Below are positions 13,143 through 26,771 of a DNA stretch of 64,000 nt, in pieces. The notes under the pieces are model-generated. The model saw only the letters and a program-made list of their open reading frames with translations, did no database searches and was not told the origin of the DNA. Position 1 is the first letter of the stretch, and every line of letters begins with the position of its first letter. The DNA is from Nageia nagi (taxonomy: Eukaryota > Plantae > Pinophyta). A program made the position numbers and the translations under genes. Location: NCBI GenBank assembly GCA_050084985.1, contig JBITNC010000001.1, positions 84,878,001 through 84,942,000 of the forward strand, given 5' to 3'.

Positions 13143-16100
13143 CAATCCTAAGTTTCATCTAAAAATATATATTTATTTATTTCATAAGTATAGCCTCTTG
13201 ATTTATTTATTTCAATTCAACTATCTAACCATTTCATCACTTAATCATTATTGTATAACATTTTAATCAACTCTCGAATTCTATAATAGATTTATGATTA
13301 CTGTATCTTAAAATATTTTTAACCTTTCCCTTAAAAATTCAAATTACATTTTCAATACTTTTTTTAACAATACTTTGCAAAGTTTGTTCAATAAAGATTT
13401 GTATCTTAAAATTATGCTATCCGATTTAATTACTATATTAAATTTCACCTAACGTTATAATTTCTTTAAATTAATCATTTAATTAAAATTAAATAAAAGA
13501 CAAATCACAACAAGATGAAAACATGATCAATTCGACTAAACGTTTTAAAATTCTGTAATATTTTTACCTAGTAAAGCATCCCCACATTGAAAATCTAGGC
13601 TGTTTTGAGAGATTAATGTTTGTTTCAGAATCCACATTAGCTTAGAGACGGTGTATGTTTATGATGGACATAAAGACCAAGGAGGAGAGAGCATTGATTG
13701 CAACAATTAAGAGGTGGAGCCTAGAGGGATGGAAGTCGGCGAGTGTCGGTAAGGCTTTTTAATCCGTTTGCTTATTTTAATTAGCGGTGGCTGGATGTTG
13801 GCAGTGGGCGCAGAGACCGGGGAGCAGAGAGCATTGGTGAAAACCAAGAGCTGGAGCCTGGAGGCATTAAAGTTGGTCATTGAAAGGAAATATGTACACT
13901 GGTGATAGAGAGGTGGAATATGGTGATTTAGAGTTCTTAATTTTTGTTTTTGTTTTTTGTATATCTAGGAATTTAGTGGTGCTGAAATCTTGGTTCAAGG
14001 ATGTGGATGTTTTGAAAGTCCACGAGAATTGAACTCGCGAACGCTGTTGGTCAGTGTCTGTAGAGGTATTGGTCTAAATATATGTTTTCATCTGCTATTT
14101 GAAAATGATGGGCGATTATTTACTTTGAGACACAAGCTGGGAGGTGGGTAACGAAGGAAAAGACTAACGGGAATTTATTTGTTTATCCTCATGTAAAACA
14201 CTAGCAAAATTTCAGCGCTTCTGTGTTAAATTTAAACTATTATCGATATTTCCAAATTTATGTATCCACCTTATGTCCAGCCGTTTAATTTCCAGTTCAA
14301 TACATTGGAGAGGATTGAAGGAATGAAGTTGTTTTTGTAACTGCTCTATTTTTTCTTCAAGAATTGAGATGGATTTTATGCATATGTATTTTTTATTGGC
14401 TTAATGTTGAGTACATATGTGAGTTTTGTATGTCTTGGAGTATAGTATATGTAAATGTGTTATTTTGGTTTTAGCTTTGTAATGCTGAAATCGTTACCAT
14501 TTTTATTGAGGATGTTTTGATTTCTTTCAACGTCGTTAGTGTTTGAGAATAATTATTTTGACGCTTAGGGTTTGGATATTAATCGAACGAAGCTTTATTT
14601 ATGTTGCAAGTTATTCTATTTTCGAGGGAGGTTTATTCTGGTATGTTATTACTAGGCTGTGTTTTGGTATCGCTTTGTTTGAATGATTTATTAAATGTTA
14701 TTGGCTTGATTTCAGAAAAATAACAAAATTTTATCTATAGATTATTGATAGTTGTCTCCAGGGATCAAATTTGACGGGTAAGGTAAATTTTCAATTGAAG
14801 GTTTTTTAAATTTATAGTGCTGGGGTTTAGCCACATGTCCTCCTCATACGCTTAATCTGATGTTATTTCCCCATCCATTAGACGACTCATCGGAAAAAAG
14901 GATCCATCATCATTTTTGCCTCTCGATTCTCGTTATTTTCATGTATCTTATGGCCGTCAGTATTCCCTACATTGGTAGAAAATTAATTAAATGGTTTTTG
15001 ATCAAATATATTTACATATATATTTAATAGGTTTCCATCCTTTATCTACATGTTTTGTATATCTAAAAAAAAACCATTGTTATTACATTCATTAAACTTA
15101 AATTAAAGTACTTTGAATTAGTTTCAAATTTATATTTATTTGTGATAAAGAAAAATAAATATAATTATATAGAATAGTCTTAAAATTATACTAGAAGTTT
15201 TTTTTTAGAAAAGAATCTATCTCAATTGAGTAGAGATTGAATTGATGCTATTATTTTGCAGTAATTTTATTTTATGGGTGATTAACAATAATTCATTTTA
15301 ATTAATTTCTTGTTCAAAATATTTGTATTAAAAAATTGTGAGGGTTTCATTTCTTAGAGTAGGACATAAGTAATGTATTTAGAAAGGATTTTTCTTTAAA
15401 AAAAAATAAAAATCATACATTTGATTTTATATATTTTTTAAATTGTGGTGGGAACATATTATTTGTCAAATAAAAAAAAATTGTAGATTTATTATTTTTT
15501 AGTAATAAACTCAAATGCAAAGGTACTAATGGTTTAGGACAAGATGACACATTAGAAGGTGTAGAATTTACATTATTAATGACTATAATTTTCTTATCAT
15601 TATTCTCAATTGGGATTTAAAAAGTTGCATTAGCCATACCATGTTTGTATTTATTATTATTTATTAAGATATAGGATATTTTAAAATAATCAAAAGTTGA
15701 AAAGTAATTTTTCTACCATTTTTAAAACCAAAGTGATCCATGATTGAATATAAAAAATATGGACTCACTTCTTCACTACAAATTAATTTTATTTATGTTG
15801 TGGTTCTATTTTCTAATTCCCCTTAATTTATAAAATATTATTCTTTTTCTCTCAAACAGTTGAAATCTTTGATGATTTCTAGTGAATGAATAAAATATCT
15901 AACCTCTAACACTTTTCAATAAAAATAGTATCTCTTTTACAGTTTTTAGAGTAACCCTCTATCTTTTGCCAAGATTTTGTAGTTACAACATTTTTCTCAA
16001 TTATAACTATCAAGATCCTTTCTTATGTTTAACAAAAACTATTTCAACATTATCCTACTTATTTAAAATCACCTACCATAAACTTCAAATTGATATTGCA

Positions 16101-17236
16101 TATTATTGAATATTTAGAGGTTGAATTATCTCCAATTTTAAAGGATATATTTTCCTATTAACTTAATCATGTGATAAACTCTAGGTTAGTATGTCTCATC
16201 TTAATAGAAATTATTTAAATTTAGTTTAATTTAATTATATTAACATATAACAAGAACAAAGGTGAAATTTACATCAAACAATAAAGATGTCCTAAATGCA
16301 ATGAATAATATTTATATTAAAAGGTAATATCCTTGAAGTTTACATCTTTAATATTTTTATTTTATTTTCTTAATTATCATATTAATACACCTCATTATTT
16401 CATATTTGCTTACCATGTAGTTTTATCATATATATCTCCAAAGGAAAGCAACTTATAAAAAAATATCATCAAAATTCTAACTATAAAAGAAATTTTATTA
16501 AATATTGCAATAATTTTCTATTGATTATTTTACCATATATATTCTAATTATGACTTTATTGCCTAAATATTTTCCATAATATATATTTTATATATCATCT
16601 AAAAGTGCTCTAACATGTCAAATTTAATGTTTATGTTATATTATTACACTTATCTAAACAAAGTAAAAAATTATTTTTTATTTAATTACCAATAGAACAT
16701 TTAGATATGTCACTTTCAAACTAAAAACATAATTTAGTAATGAATGCTGAACATCAAAATTATCTTAAGCTAACTCAAACACATTATTTTTATAGGCTAA
16801 TATAATGAAACTTTACTCAATGCTACATGAAATTTATAAATATAGATTTCATATAATGATTTGGTATTTACTTTTATTAATAGACTTTTTATGTCTATAA
16901 TGTTATCTAAATGTTATTTTTTAAATATTATAATTAAGCTTTTATTCTGGAGGTTACCATGGATATTTATGTCATGTTGCGTCAATCCAAAAGTTTTTAT
17001 AATAAAATATTTGAGTAATTAACTTTCAAGTTGATACAAATGATAACATCATTTTTAAGTATTATTTAAAATTATTTTTAGAAATCCCTCAAGTAGAAAA
17101 AAATATTTATTATATGTTTTTTCTAAAATCTATAACACTCACTTTTGTTTATATAAGAAACAAAAAAATAATATTTAATTGCTATGTTCAATTATTTCAT
17201 ACATGCCAGTACCCTACACATTATTTGAGGGAAACA

Positions 17237-19030
17237 ATGGTTATTTTAACTATAGATGCCATTGCAAGTATACTTATATGCATGAATGACTTTGAACCCT
17301 CTTTACAAGTAACATGCATAGAATCAATCAACCAATAATCTTCTACAAATGTAAGATATCGACTACAACTATCTGATGGTTTGCATAGTCATCCATCTTT
17401 ACTTCTAGAGAAATACAACAATCTTGTCTTAGAAAATTCTTTGGATAAAGGAACTATTATTTGTCTACAATAATACATTTCCAAGACATTCAATAACTAT
17501 ATGTACATTCAAATGATTTTACTACTTTTTAAAATATTCAATTATGCATTTACATATTTTTCTTTATTTATACATTTCATTTGGTTGTAGAGCTATAGTA
17601 ATTTCCCATTTGAATATACTTGCAAATAATATATCACTTGTTGGATCTCTAACACCTCTCTTCCATCAACTAGCTCACATGATTATTTAGGATCTTCTCG
17701 AACTTCTTATGGCTCATGACAAGAGGATAGTATCTACAACAAACACATAATACAACACCTTTGGTACTAAATTACATTAAAATATTAACCCCAAATATGA
17801 GTGAATGGGCCATTAAGGGAAGGGTTATGGGAAAATAAAAAATTCATGAATACCATAATGCTAGTGGTGATAGAAAATTATTTGGGTTTGACTTCATCAA
17901 TAAAGAGGGCTCTGAGATGCACGTCACTTACTTCAATCAACTTGTTGATAAATTCTATGATGTTATAATTTCAAATAATGTTTACATTATTTGTAATGGT
18001 CGAGATAAATTGGCCAACCCAAGGAATAATACATTAACAAACCCTCTTGAAATAATTTTATACAACTCATCAACAATAAAGCCATCCATCTATCTTGAGA
18101 GTACAATACCAATATACAACTACCATATCAAGAGCATAAATTCAATAGCCTCTTTATCAATTCAATCTATAGTAGATGTTATTGGTATACTTATATCCAT
18201 TTTAGTTGCATTAATTATTCATAAAAAAGATGGCATCAAAGAAAAAAATGCACAACTACAATCATGGATACTTCAAGTTTTAGCATTGATGTCACATTCT
18301 AGGGCCTTCATTGTCAAATCAAAATAAAATAAATTTTAGAAATGACCTTACAACCAAATTATCCAATCCTTATGATCAAATCTAGATGTGTTAATGCCTA
18401 GTGTGGAATATCAATAGACATAATATTTTCAACCAACATCCTCATAAACCTAGATGTACCAGAACCTATTGCAATATGAGAATGGTACTCTAGTATAGGA
18501 AATGACCAACCCATTATTTCTATATCAAACAATCAACTTTCCCCAATGGCATTTACAAATCTAATTTCTATTGCCTCTATTTCTGATATAATTTCCCTTC
18601 ACAAAGCTAGTGTTTGCATAAAATCCACTATTACAAAATTGCATCTAGATGATTTCTATTACCCATCTTGTCCTAAGTTGAATGACAACAAAAATATAAA
18701 AAAAAGTTATCATAAAAAACACCAATACTTATCAGTGCACCAAATGTTCTATGTAACTTTTTGCATGCAATTTTAATTACAAGCTAAATATGGATTTACA
18801 AGATGATATAGGTGAACTTGTTAAAGTTATAGCATTTGAAGGAGCAATAACAAACTTATTGGGTGTTAGTGCTAAAATTTTCCAACTTCTCCTAGCAAAA
18901 GCAAATAGTGTTCAAGATATTCTAGAGAATATTACAAATTCTCAATTTTTTTTCATTTATCCATCAAGTTGGATCAATATCATGGAAACATAACACAAAG
19001 CATAGTTATTATAGCAATTAAAAGTGTATA
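17237..19030 (+). pseudogene. RPA1: RPA70/RPA1-like ssDNA-binding protein (N-terminal domain plus DBD-A, B, C) carried by the rolling-circle element
   Basis: LTIDAI...PSLQV...RYRLQLSDGLH (RPA70N); WAIKGRV...KLFGFDF...FNQLVDKFYD (DBD-A); SIVDVIGI (DBD-B); FYYPSCP...LQDDIG...AFE...LLGVSA (DBD-C). Probable intron 17503-17590 (GT...TTGTAG). Many stops and frameshifts. Confidence 0.88.
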
Positions 19031-19689
19031 AAGCTACTTTTTTTTTATCAAAATGTATAAGTTACTTGATATGGGGACACATTGAATACCCATTTTGTAA
19101 TGATGACTATCCACATGAGAAATACATTTTAAATATATCTTAAATCATTTTCTTACATATCATTTTTATTTAACCATAATGTAATGTGTTACAATTACCA
19201 ATTTTAATATACATATTTTATCATAAATATGTTACATGTTAATGTAGATGTATAACATTCATTTTATTCTCTTACATAACATTATACCTTTGTAAATTAT
19301 TTTTTTATTAAGTTGTATAACTTATTATGACTAATTCAATTTAAATAATTTCTTTCTTCAAAATCATACATTTTAAAAATCAAGCTCTTTATCGAAAAAA
19401 TTGAGAAAACATCTCAAATTTAGTTAACTATGAATTTAAACAAAATAACATACTATTCATTACAATGTTTTCATATTATGACACCTTTATTTTGTGTTGC
19501 TTATGATATACACAAAATTTCAAATTATATATATATATATATATATTTTTAATACAAACTTATAAAACTTAGACAAACAATATAACAAAATAGCTTGTAT
19601 AAAGAATTTATTATTATATATCCATCCAACAATTTATTATTTTGACTTGTGTTGCTTGTTTACATACACTTAAAGAACATATTGCATTT

Positions 19690-22600
19690 TCTATGTTTTT
19701 CAATGCCTCCATTTGTCATGCTCTAAATTCATATCACAACACATTGATGTACAACTTCATTTTTCATGGACTTGGAAGCTCAACAAATGCAAGCAAAATA
19801 GGCTCATAAAAATCAAATATAAATTGAATGATATCATGCAACAAAATATCATTTTAATGCAAAAAGATATCAAAGAGAACAAAACCTTCATGATATTACA
19901 TATACCCAATATACCTCTTTTTTATCTAATTTTGCACCGTCCTATGCACATTCACCATGACTACCTTCTGAAAAGCATGGTCCTCCAATTTTCCCTCCAA
20001 GTTATTATATAACTAGAAATAGCTTCCGATCAAAATTAGATAAACTAACATCAATGTCCATATGCCTTATATGCATGGAAAAATATCTAGGAATAAAAAA
20101 AATGGACATAACATTTGTTATAGATGCAGTTCAAAAAAGTGGCAATCACTTCTCAACGTGGAATAGCATGGAGCTTGGTGAACAACCTACATGCTTGAAA
20201 AGATTAACTCAAGTTAAAGAGATCTTCACATATGCAAGAGGAGGTCAATTAAATATAGTGGACATATAATTTATTTCCCTCAAGATATCTCTATAGTTAC
20301 AACTTGCTTATCGAGGTATATAAGTGACTTAGATATTTTGATAGTCAACAAGAAAGATCTCAACAATCAACAATACAACTTCTATGTTTGCAAAGGCCAT
20401 GTTTATGAAGCTTTACAATTCAAGATCAAATATGATCCTTACTATAAAGAAATACAATTAGATGTTGTCACACTTTCAAACTTACCACTTCTAAGCACAA
20501 ATATTAGTAATATTTTATATACCACAACTCTGAATCCAAAACTTATTAATGAAAGCTTCATGGAAACAACTATTGTAGATGATGATTTACTACAAGAAAA
20601 TATGCATAATACATCTTTTGTATCACACCTTCCACCAACATGTAGAGAAGTTAAAGAATTGTATTCCTTATTGCATTTAGAACAAGGACGTCCAACTCCT
20701 ATTATTGAATGGCCATCCATCTCTTCATTAGCCATAAAATTGTAAACATAGATGGGTTATTTGCAATTGCATTTCCAACTTTATTTTGAAAAGGAGAAGC
20801 ATCCTTCACATAACAACCAAGGAAAGAAGTTAAATTATATGAATATGCTAACCATTTGCTTTGGTATTATGATAATAGATTTGGGCAACACCCATAGTTT
20901 CATTACTTCATGTTGAATATAATCATGCATCACCAAATTCAGTCAATAGCTTTTATGTTTGCCAAAAATGATATCAATGATTATCTCCCTACTACAATTC
21001 AAGATCTTTGAAAATAGTTAAAAAACATGCCTAATTAAAAAATTATTGACCACTTGATGAGATTTGGCTCAACTATTCAAGGTACAAAACTATTTTGGAA
21101 CCTTCACAAAGATGAGCTATTAGACATGATCATTCAAATTGGTTGTCCTACATTATTTTTCACTCTAAGTGTAGTAGATACAAAATGGCCAAACTTACAT
21201 GCCATTATGCCAATTTCAACACCCTCCAATGTTGAAACCACTTGCAAATTGAAGTTACAAAACATAATTCTCAATTCACACCTTGCAGTAATATACATGC
21301 ATCATAGGTTTTCTATGTTCCATGAAGAAGTATTGGAGAAACTTCTTAATGCAACTGATTATTGGTACAAGTATAACATTACCCATTTCTTTATTTACTT
21401 TTCTTTATTCCTTTTGTACTACAAACTAATTATCTTTTTCAGTAGGTATGAATGGCAACATAGAGGATCTGCTCATATCCTTGGGTTCCTTTGGTTGAAA
21501 GATGCACTTGAAATATCAAAACTAGAATGGAATAATATTCAATTAGTATAGAATGTAATTAACTATATTGATAAATATGTAAATTATTAGAACCAAAAAC
21601 CCCCTTTGTAATAACACCCAACATTTTCTCAATCTTATCTTGATAACCCTTGCTTGCTTGACACGTAATTGATTAGTTTAATTGATCCTTCTATTGATTA
21701 TAATGAATTAGTCAATTATGTTCAATGACATACAAAGTGCCACTTGCAGACTTGCTTATGAAAAAAGGGATCATCTTTTGAATGTTGATATAAAGCTCCA
21801 TGGGCTTTCCAAGATATCTCAAATCTAGAAATGGAGATAAAAGCTCAACCTAAATACATCCCTACTCATAATGATGATCATCTACACATCCATGATCCAT
21901 TTCTAGTATCCATCTATAGAGAAAACATAGATTGCAAACCTATTATATCAATCAATGCCATCCTAAAATATATTACAAAATATTCAACAAAAGCATAAGA
22001 AAATTTTAAAACATATCATGCAATGCTTTCTTATATCTGTGTAAACTATAAACCAAAATGATCATCTATAGTTGCTTCTATAAAATACTTTTTGATAATC
22101 TTACCACTCATGATATTTTAGCCCAAGAAACTTCCCATATTTTACTTGAACTACCACTATCACTATGTAGTTAGACATTTGTTTCTTTAAATGTTAGCCA
22201 AAAAATGTTCCAATGCCTTCCACTCTCAAAACCATTTGCATAAACAATTGCAAGGTTTATTTCTACTTGCATGGTAAGGTCAACACATATGGAAACATTA
22301 TCGCTAATTGAAGCAGCTAGAAAGTGGACATTTCAAGAATCCAAAAAGATAAATAAGTGGAAAGAACAATCTTCAAATGCAATTATCTAAGTATCCCCAA
22401 TATTCGCAAGCATCCTTGCCAAAGATGATAGTTCTTTTCAAGAATTTTATTGAACTAAATTACTTCTATATAGGTCCTTTTGTACCATACAAAATATGGA
22501 TGAACAATCATCATGTGATCTAATGGAGCAATGGAAAATGTTTCGTAATAGTTATCAACCATGGCATGTAATACGAACAACAAATGAAGCTTCTAAAGAA

Positions 22601-25030
22601 CCTAAAGGATGTACATCTTCTAAGGAAGGAATGGACCTACAATAAAATAACCAAAATAAATGGCAAGCTTTTTCATATATACACCCAAGGAATCCTTTGC
22701 AAATCTATGAGACAAATATGCTTGGAAAAGGTGACATGGATATTAACCATAATTGCAAAAATCCTCACTTTACTCAATAACAACAAATGATGGCTTCAAT
22801 TTTCATAGATTGCAACTGACACATGTTTCAACTACCATATAATCCCATTGCAAATTCCTATAATGAGATGTCTATTGAAAAAAAAGCATTTGATATAATA
22901 ATATCACATCTCTCAGTTAATACCTATTAGGAACCTCTAAGAATGATTATTCAAAGAATTGTAGGAATAGGAAAATCACACCTAATAACAAGCATAGGAT
23001 CAATGTTACAATCTTTAGCTCTAGATGGACAATCTCCATTACTACTACTTGCACCAATAAAGGTTGCAATATTCAACATAAGAGCTTCAAAAATTCATTC
23101 AACACTTTGAATACCCATTAAATATATGGCTCCCCTACACAGTCAAGAACTTTCAACATTTTAACAAAAAATTTATTTCATTTGATACATAATCATCGAT
23201 GAAATGAGTTTTATCGATTTGAAGATACTAGACTGAATAGATGCAAGGTTGCATCAAGCATTCCCTGTAAATAGTTAGACACCCTTTAGAGGATGATCCA
23301 TCCTACTCTTTGGTGACTTGGCCCAATTACCACTAGTGAAAGAAATTCCAATATATGGTTCACATTGTTATGGGGGAACACTATGGCGTATCTTCTCAAG
23401 AGTAGTGACATTGAAAAAAATATTATGTCAAATTGGTGAAGAGCCATCTTAGATTCATTTTTGAGCACTCCTTTCAAACTTATGAAATGGAAAACCTATA
23501 ATCACAAATTAGGAAGCTCTAATGTCATGTACAATCTCAAGACTCAACCATATGGAGCACTCATGGGGGGTTCACTATTAGAAAATACTAAATACCATGT
23601 GAGTGCATACCATGGGGTATTTTTAATATCAAGTTGAAGTATTGATATATCGATAAGTATTTTATTAGGGGAGGGGGTAAGGTGTTCAAAATGTTTACAA
23701 AATATTCTATCAGTATTTTACAAGATATTTTTTTACTATTGTTTGTGAGTGTATAACTTTGAATACTAAACAACCATAATAAGATCAAAATATATTTTTC
23801 AATTGCATTGATTGGTAATATTATATGATCAAAAATGTTATGGATGTGCTAAAGGAAAAGAACCATTACACAAATCATTTTAAAAATAAGTTTTTCTTTT
23901 TACACTTATACTCATGGGAGAAGTGACTTGGATTTCATCATCAAGAGTTTATCCTCACAAATAGAGCCATAAATAGGTCTATTGGACTTTATCACCAAGG
24001 ACCTAGGCTATACTCTAATTTCATTCTCGAAATAGTCTTCCCTTAGGTCATTATTTTAGGTGATTTTAAATAATAAAAGATGATGGTTTCAATTGGCAAA
24101 GTATTAGATCACTATAATTCAAGGCGATGATATAAAGGGATAAAACTACTAAAGGATATTAAAATTTGATTTAATTTTTTTGAGAAAATGGTAAGTTTTT
24201 AAAAAGAGTTACTATTTATTATATATAGATTTAGCATAAGGGGTTTAATAAATTAAAAGAGAAGGTGGTAAATTTTAAAAATAGAGGGTTTTTAAAGAAG
24301 CTCATGAATGCACATGTTTTGAAGGATTTCTATTAAGTGATACCCCATGGGAGTAATCTATCTTTTTCTCATCCATGCATCCTTTTGCAAAAAATGAAAT
24401 GGTCACAATGCACAATAAACATATGTTGTTATCTTTAGCAAAGCCTATAGCTATGTCCACCATAGAACAATAACAAAGCTCAACTTTATTTAATCTTGAA
24501 GAAGAACAAATTCAAGAATAACTACTCTTTTGTATAGATCAAAATGTTAGGCTATGTTCAAATTTGTGGATAGAAGCAAGTCTTATCAATGGTGCACTTG
24601 AACAAGTTAAATCAATTATATATAGGGATACAAAAAAGACACCACAACTTCCATTATTTGTTGTTCTTGAATTCAAAAATTACATAGGTCCATTTTGGGA
24701 TCAAAATAATCCAAAATATATCCCTATATGCCCTTTAACACATGGTTGATGTTAACAAATCCCACTCAAAATGGCATGGGTCTTGACAATACAGAAGGCA
24801 CAAGGACTTACATTTGAAAGGGTAATAATTGATATTGGCAACATAGATTGATAAGGATTTACATTCAAAGCTATTTCAAGAGTTTGTGAACTTTCTTGTA
24901 TGGGAATTCAACCTGTATTCACATACCAAAGATATGCAAGAATGCAAATGAGCCAAAATTTCATTCGTCATAAAAAAGAAGAGGAACTTTTTATGTCTTT
25001 ATCAAATGTAGTTACAAGAAAATCTTGTAA
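19690..25030 (+). pseudogene. RepHel: HUH Rep endonuclease plus Pif1-family helicase
   Basis: GHIIYFPQD and DNRFGQHP N-terminal motifs; GCPTLFFTLSVVDTKWP and YEWQHRGSAHI Rep motifs; 75-bp intron 21371-21445. Helicase motifs: VGIGKS (Walker A), IIIDEMSF, GDLAQLP, NLWIEASLING, AWVLTIQKAQGLT, AISRV. The 5' limit is approximate. Confidence 0.93.
23560..24353. mobile_element. Non-autonomous TIR element (Tc1/mariner-like MITE) nested in the helicase
   Basis: Imperfect TIRs CTC(CC)ATGGGG..TCACT..TAGAAA and 2-bp CA/TA duplication. Removing it restores the helicase frame HMEQSIFFSSMHPFAKNEMV. Confidence 0.75.
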
Positions 25031-26501
25031 CATATCAAATTGTAACTCTTTTTCTTAAATTCATAGCTTATTTACATAATCTATAGTCTTTCATTTATTA
25101 TTTTATATTTCGATATATCACACTATTTATTTTACTCTAAAGTGATTGAAACAAAAAATCATTTACTCTTTTAACTTGCATTACTTATAATAGGATAATG
25201 GTTTGAATACAAATATAGAATTCTTAATTTCACAAATATCAAATTATAACTTTCAGTTACTAAAAATTTCTCTTCCATAAAATTCTCATTTTTGTTTACA
25301 AATAACTTATTATTTTGTTTATACTTCTCCTATTATGAGAAATCAAATTTACTATTTGTTAGTAGTACATATAAATATAATAAACAATTATTTTTTATTT
25401 AACATACCATTTAAACATTCTATATATAATAATATTTTACTAAATTTTACAAGAAATTTATAATGATAGATATCATATAATGAGTTGGTGTTCACTTTTA
25501 TTAATCTACTGTGTATGTCTAATAATGTTACATCTATTTTTATATATGAACCAAAACTTTATGTTATGCTCAATTTTCGTATTTACACAATAACACAAAT
25601 ATATACAATGTACATACTTTCAAATACAAAAGGCTTTTCTCTTTTAAATGTTATCATATTTTTACCAAAAAAAATATTGTGTTATCACAAACCACCAATT
25701 TAACAATTTTCAAATTTCATTTTTAGATCTCTAACCATGGAAAATAAAAAAAATTCATCGACATACTATTTGATGTTCTTCTCAGAACTCCATCTATGAC
25801 TTGACAAAATAGATTTGGCTAAAATTTGTTATGAAAGAGAAATTACAACCCTACGCAGAGATGGTGTCATAGAAAACCTTTTTATAGAATACACAATATT
25901 TGAGGATGAAAAAAGAGAAATGGAGGATTCTCTCCATGACTCGTGGTTCCAAGGTATCAAATTACTTAGTATACAGTATATCAAATTCAAGTTCATAATT
26001 TACTAGTGTAAAAAAATAAATATCCTTGACAAAGTTAAGTAATTTACATAGCATTAAAAAAATAACTTTTTATAGTCTTTTCAAATTTATGTTGTTTTAA
26101 AAGTCATAATATCATTGCTAATTTACTTCACAACTTTTGCAAGTAAGCTTTCTAGATGGAAAACAACTTACTCATCACTTTATAAGTATTTTCAATTCTT
26201 CAAATGTAACTATATTAATGACTGAATCATTGCATTTTCTGCATTCTTTCTTGAACTGAATTACAATCTTTATTTCTCCTTATCTACATATCTCAAATTC
26301 AACATTATCAAAAGTTTAAATTATTTTTCAATAACAAATTAAACATACCACATAAATTATTTCACAATGTATTTATTTTAAAAATCATTAATTTTTTTTT
26401 CCAATATATTTATCAATTACAATTGAAAAAAAAAAATCATACAATAGTTATATGTTTGCTTATTCTACGGCGTACCCATTGCGCATGCTTACAATAGCTA
26501 G

Positions 26502-26771
26502 TTCTACTTACAATGGCATTTGGTGAAAGAAAAGCGTTCTATAATATTTTTTCACCTGCAATCGGTCTTGGTGAAGAAAAACGTTCAGAAGTACAATTTA
26601 CGTCTGCTGGTCCCCCTTAATCAAATCTCGTGAATTTCTTTCAACCACATACGTCAATTATTGCATGAAATATCTTACACTTGACCCACCATTGCCGAAT
26701 GTCATTTTTATTTGAGCAACCCCAGAAGAGACTTCTGTAGGTTACGCGAAGGTTTTACCAGATTTACAGCC
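26502..26771 (+). promoter_or_regulatory. CXE-1 proximal upstream region with ~50-bp tandem repeat and TGACGT/W-box-like motifs
   Basis: Conserved with 41601-41877. Repeat unit AAAAGCGTTCT.TAATATTTTT...CCTGCAATCGG. ACGTCAA near 26650 and TTGACC near 26681. Function is not demonstrated. Confidence 0.45.

Larger units (their letters stand above)
13564..26501 (+). mobile_element. Rolling-circle transposon (Helitron-like, Helentron/Helitron2-type Rep), ~12.9 kb, decayed
   Basis: Contains RPA70 and RepHel pseudogenes. The 3' end has a degenerate hairpin GCGTACCCATTGCGCATGC followed by CTAG|T (26470-26502). Both flanks (13495-13563 and 26502 onward) join to match the uninterrupted paralogous CXE-2 promoter at 41535-41700. 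No TSD. The 5' boundary is ambiguous within a T-run (13561-13565). Confidence 0.82.

Noticed and set aside
25737-26006. Small extra ORF near the rolling-circle element's 3' end
   Set aside because: Short, interrupted, and no recognisable homology.
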